Origin: Bugula neritina
Lineage: Eukaryota > Animalia > Bryozoa
Length of the DNA: 64,000 bases
Direction: 5' to 3'
Assembly (NCBI GenBank): GCA_964035545.1
Contig: OZ037768.1
Coordinates: 6,356,741 to 6,420,740, forward strand
Part shown: piece by piece, positions 58,901 to 64,000 of the stretch
Layout: the number at the start of each line of letters is the position of its first letter
Numbering within the stretch: the stretch's first letter is position 1
Translations under genes and position numbers: made by a program
The notes under the pieces: model-generated
What the model saw: only the letters and a program-made list of their open reading frames with translations
What the model was told of the DNA's origin: nothing
Databases searched by the model: none

Positions 58901-61371
58901 CATGTTCTGTATAAGCAGAGCAGTAATCTGGCCTTCAAGCAAGGCATCTATCAAACCCTCTGCCGCATCCTCATTGTCATTCAGAGTGTCGACTTCTGTC
59001 AATTCCTACAACATCAACTTTAGACTACATGAAATAACAGCATCTGTTATGTAATATCATATCAAGAAAATAATTAAAATTGAATTTATGTTCATTTTAG
59101 TTGTAAGATTAGTATTAAAATTCTTCAACAAGCTTCAATATTAAAAAGAGAAGGATAGTGTGTGTTTTTACAATTTAGATGTTGGCAATTAGATGTAGAA
59201 AACACATATGCCTGTTGATATGATAAACAGATAAAGAACTATAGTAGTGAAAGAATTTTAGTAAACTAAACTCCCCAGTATCAGCTAAGAAGGTTTCAAG
59301 CAAAATTAGTCACCTGTAGTAGATCAACAACAGCTATAGAGATGTCAGTGTTCTCATGATTTAGCAGGTGTAGCAAGGTTTGTATAGTGTTTAAATCTAT
59401 CATGATACTGTAGTAGTCAGGGACTGTTGCTAGCACATGCATTTCTTGAATCACTTCATTTAATTCCACCTCTGATTCCACAAACCTATAAATTAGTATC
59501 ACAGCATAACAGACATATAGTTGCAGCGTTATAGTTTTTCCTTTTTCACAAAACAGCTGCATAATGGTAGTTTGAGGTATTACATTATGGCTAAAGATAA
59601 GATAAAAAAAAGGAACTAAAGCTAACAAAACAGGCTAAATTGGATTAGTTTTACACTGAGATCAAAATTTATTTCACTAATACATTTGGATAACTTGACT
59701 TACTTTTCTGGATTATCAGGAAATTTTATCCTCAATTCCTGGTTTCTACTAGTTTTCTTTTCAAATTTGAATATCATCCTCTTTACAGATGCATCATCTA
59801 TGACTTCTCCCTAAACAGAGAATTACTAGTTCCACAAACATTATACAACTAAGATAATAACATGATCGCAGTAAACCTTTTGATTGCTAAACTAATTAGC
59901 TCAAAAATGCTTGCATTAAAAACCTGAAAAATGCACAAATATTGACCATTTCACATTAAAACTTTAATAATCAACAAAAAGACTGAAATGAGTGAGATAA
60001 CATATTTACTTCGGCTTCAAGGTTGCTGGGGTCACCTGCAGAGTCTGTAATTTGCATTTTCGCTTTTTTATTTTGTAATCTGGTATTATTTTCTTCATTT
60101 TGTTTTCGTTTAGAACTACCGGGGGTTTCAGGCTAGAATAAATTACAGCAATATCAGTGCATGCTTTTCAAAGCACAAATAAGCACATACATTATATATG
60201 TAATAGATAAAGCCTATATAGACCAGTTAATACAATGTTAATACAGATTTAATTATCGATAAAATTATCAATATGCAACAAATTTGAATGAGACATGTCA
60301 ACGTTTAACATTAACAGTCTGTAAATCACAACTAATTCTAGACCTTTCTCTTTAATCTTTATTACTCAGTCATTAGAGGTTGAGCATACTATGACTTTTA
60401 AACTAACTTATCTTATCTTATTAAAATTATAGAGTTTGCCTAATATTCAAAATCAACACTATGTCCTAAGAATGGTATTTTAGGAAATAAATATTTGAGT
60501 AGCAACAGATTTAATAGCATTTTAATAAATTTTTTAAAAAGTTCTTTTTAGTAGAACTTGAACAAACAAATAAATTTGAATGCTTTTTCTGATTATAATT
60601 CTGCAGTGGCAATTATTTGTTTGGTGACTGTCATCACTCTATAAACTAGGATTACTAAACTAAACTAAACTATTACCATGACAAAGGATAATATTGATAC
60701 AAGTTATTAATATTATGTACATTTATTGTTCTGCACTGTCATCCTGCTAAAAAATTTATAGTTAGAACTCAAGTTTGCTATGGATGTATTTAATGTATGA
60801 TTTAATTTATCAATGTATGACTAAACTCTAAAGGTATATTGATATTCTAGTATAACTACAACTCAACTACAAGTATCTGTATTTTAAAGTGTTGGAGCAA
60901 TACTATTTTAGAGGGTGGTGATACTTTACATATTTTTACTTATGTTTTGAGAAACACATTATTTGTAGACTGTGGTATTGGCTTATATAAATTTTAAAGT
61001 TTAATTGCTTATTTATTTTTATTAAAAAATACTCTTGAGCTTGACTTTTATTTACTTTAGTAATTCAACTAACTAACTAAAGTGAAAGTCAAATTCAGAA
61101 TTTTATTTCTTATTTGAATCTTTAATTTAAAGAATAAAAACACCAACTGTGCCATATTGAAAACAAAGTAATAGTGATTAATAGATGTAATAATTAAGAG
61201 TAAGAGTTATTACTTATTAGAGTTAGTAAAACTTTAGGTAAAAAAATTAAATATTGAACTTGAAGACTGAAATTTAAATTTAAATTATTTATAAGATTAG
61301 GCGGTAATAAATCTATATAAAAATTGCTTAAAGTTACTAACCGTAAAAGAAAGTAGTTCTGTGACATTCAT
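55944..61371 (-). CDS. CTNNBL1: Beta-catenin-like protein 1 (Prp19/CDC5L spliceosome-associated)
   Basis: Approximate exons 61342-61371 (MNVTELLSFT), 60010-60132 (bipartite NLS KRK...KKAK), 59704-59810 (NQELRIKFPDNPEK), 59314-59485 (FVESEVEL...HENTDISIAVVDLLQ), 58846-59006, 58292-58515, 57917-58066, 57476-57617, 56954-57088, 56702-56782, 56401-56532 (FYMRRLDAGLF), 56131-56203, 55944-56038. Confidence 0.96.
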
Positions 61372-61689
61372 TGTGATTGAGATATTTACTTCTAGTAATA
61401 GTTATTTTAATAACGTTAAACAGACTGAGAGTGAGACTGATTCTTAGTTAGACTTGAGGGTGGACTTCGAGTTACTCAGCTGTGAGACCAAATTATAATT
61501 TTGCTGTAAGATGCACTAATAAATTGAACAATTTAGTTTTTAACAACACATATTAAACCGTTTAATAATTTTTTGCAACCTGCTATAACAGTAAAAAAGG
61601 GTATTAGTATAAGTATTTCAAATGCTATTTAGTATTTAATTTGACCATTTTTCTAACTCGTTCATTCAACGACATGTACATTGATTTTC

Positions 61690-61840
61690 CAGCCTTAAAC
61701 TTCCAAGAGCATCGTCGACGTCAACCTGAGTGGATGATCGACAGAAGTTAGGCAAATAAGAACAGAGCAGCTTTCAAATTAGCCAATCACATGTGGTCGA
61801 GACGAGATATGTCAGCCATGTTGATTAGTAGTTAATTTGT
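61690..61840. promoter_or_regulatory. Putative bidirectional promoter core for CTNNBL1 and the gene at 63074
   Basis: Locally CpG-rich; GACGTCA (CRE-like), AGCCAATCA (NF-Y), GCCATGTT (YY1-like) and a GTGAGT donor at ~61839. Confidence 0.5.
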
Positions 61841-63073
61841 GAGTTGTATTTTTTTCATCCTCTTGCACTTTTTTAATGCCTAACGGCTTATTGACACTCT
61901 CATAACCAACAAAACATGCATAATTTACAAGTTTTAGTCATGCATTATTTAATAATTATCAATTATAAGGTAAATCACAAATCAACTACATAATCACAGG
62001 CTATACAATAATACATTTTTATTTGGATAATCATAATCAATATCATTATCATTATGATTATTTTCATCATTACGGATTATCATTAAATCATTCATTATCA
62101 CTCATTATAATTATCAATTTCTACATCGGTATTGTAATTAAACTTGGCGTTGATATAAAATGAGAATAATTATTCATTGAAATCCAATCGTTATGTGTCT
62201 GTATATATAAGCATGATTATGATTACAGATTAGTCATTAGTCTTGGACTTAGAGTTAGCAGAATCAGAATGTCACTGTTGAGTGTTGACGGCAGCATTGC
62301 CTTTGAGTTTGCGATTGACTTAGTTGTACAGTTACTGAGTTAGTGTTACTTCGGTAACAGCAAATTATAAGATAAGAGTAAAAAGTTCAATTTTAGTTTT
62401 AAAAACCTAATTTTTAAACGTGATATTTATCATTAAAAATCAGTTAATTTTAAGTCATAACTTTGAACTCAATTTAAAAATTGATCTCTTAGATTAATGG
62501 CAATACTGAGCTGAAAGTTAAATTGAATTTGCTGAATACTGATAGTGATTAGCAATAGCAGTATTGAAATTAAAAATAGAATAAATTACTAGCTATATAA
62601 TAAAATATCAATATGGAAGGCATATTGGTCAATTGTTATTATGAAAAAAAGTTTGGGTATCAGTTAAATTTATCTATGGTGGTTTTAGGTTTAATTGGCT
62701 CTTACACTGAGTTACAGTGCTTACTATAAACAAATACCATTAATACATTATCATGATTTTTGTTAATAAATCTCCATTCTTATTATTACCATTGTAGTTT
62801 TTGGCCTAATTTTATTAAGAGATAGATTTTTTAAACGACTTGAAAATTTACAGTAACTTCAATTGTGACAATAGTAATCATTGAATGACTTTTAAGATTT
62901 ATTTCACGTTTGAATTTTCAAACTGTAATACTGGTAAACTAACATCTTTTCTATTTTAAATACCGGTATAATTGTATTTATATCAGTATTTGGCTAAATG
63001 TGGTTTTGTAAGTTTTTAGATATTCTATAACCACCAAATTTTACTTTGTTTTTATTGACCTTTTTGTAGTTTA

Positions 63074-63236
63074 ATGGCTGAAGATCAGTCACCTTCCATC
63101 GGTATTCAAGAAGATGAAGATATTAGTCAAAATTCTGTGGCTGGTGATGATTTAAACTCTGGATCAGATTCCGAACAATCTCCCTCCCTACCCGACAATA
63201 AGAGTGATCATGAAACTAAGAGTAGGCCTGCTATAA
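63074..63236 (+). CDS. First coding exon of an unidentified protein with an acidic/Ser-rich N-terminus
   Basis: tttttgtag acceptor 4 nt before the ATG; MAEDQSPSIGIQEDED...HETKSRPAI. Coding-like composition ends at a candidate donor near 63237; the rest of the ORF call looks like intron read-through. Confidence 0.6.
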
Positions 63237-63355
63237 GTACATTGTGTTTCTTTTTTCATTTATTTGCTCAATTACATACATTCATACTGCTGTTTGTTTT
63301 GAGCCTTATTAAGAACATTGACTGCTATTGTTATAATTTTCAGATTTAGGGTTGA

Positions 63356-64000
63356 TGTGCTATCCAGAGAGTCTATTTATCTACTATAGAACTGCACCAG
63401 GATAAGTCGAGTGAACGAGTATATTTTATACACAACTATACATTACAAAAACACGATACATTATTTCTAAACAAGTTACACATCTAATCTATTTCACACT
63501 CTAGCTTCGACTGAGTTAGCAGCGGGAAACTACAATTGCTGCTAACTATCAACTACGCTAATTGGTTATCCATTGTTCCGGGTCAATTGCGCGACCCTAC
63601 ATGTTGTGCTGCTGGTAGTTCCACGAACCACCACACCGCCCCCACCAGCAGAAAGCCATCTTTCTGATAGATATATAAAAAAAAACATTCATTGGTAACC
63701 GCATACATCAGTGGACAAAATAATACATAATATACAGGAAGAGACATAATAATAGACAGAATCATTATAACGATCCGTTGCATACAATTGGCCAGCTGTA
63801 GATAGACGAGGAATACTAGCTAGCTGTGGTGTTAGACAGGGGATAACCTGTTAAGCAGTCAAACATTTACATGACATCTTGGCTTCTCCCAAGAGGCGGA
63901 GTTGGAGTACTCCGGGTAGTCTAACTAGAGTCCTTGTTGGGCACGCCGGTGCTTGGCTTGGCATGTACGCAGTTTCCGTTTCATACGGCATACGGATCCT
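63356..64000 (-). mobile_element. Probable 3' end of a second LTR retrotransposon (3' LTR ~63356-63635)
   Basis: On minus, a GGGGGCGG PPT-like run directly precedes TGTGGT; a 280-bp segment ends ...AGCACA; higher-GC, CpG-rich internal sequence continues to the edge. The second LTR and pol are outside the window. Confidence 0.6.

Overview
AT-rich, intron-containing genomic DNA from an invertebrate animal; the species cannot be fixed from sequence alone. Genes reconstructed by hand from splice sites: CNPY2-like canopy (minus, runs off the left edge), a complete 19-exon RECK (minus), two tandem 12-exon SLC18B1-like MFS transporter paralogues (minus), a DUF1295/steroid-5-alpha-reductase-like gene (plus), CTNNBL1 (minus), and the first coding exon of an unidentified gene (plus). 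The last intron of the second SLC18B1 copy holds a nested insertion: an intact, very young Gmr1-type Ty3/Gypsy LTR retrotransposon (PR-INT-RT-RH order, near-identical LTRs, TTAAT TSD, tRNA-Pro-like PBS) inside an older ~3 kb TIR DNA element. Other elements are an internally deleted R4/Dong-like non-LTR element, a tRNA-derived SINE-like head, several MITE-like families, and a probable second LTR element at the right edge that may interrupt an exon. The most unusual unexplained signal is a set of ACT/AGT-rich tracts, often with 6-bp periodicity and sometimes in clusters roughly 170-200 bp apart. They lie just downstream of most inferred transcription starts, including one inside the DNA transposon. 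Other points of note are two GC-AG introns in CTNNBL1, a canopy-exon-2-like segment inside the canopy gene's own intron, a perfect DR1 element and a long promoter hairpin. All coordinates were read by eye and family names rest on motif recognition, not database searches.
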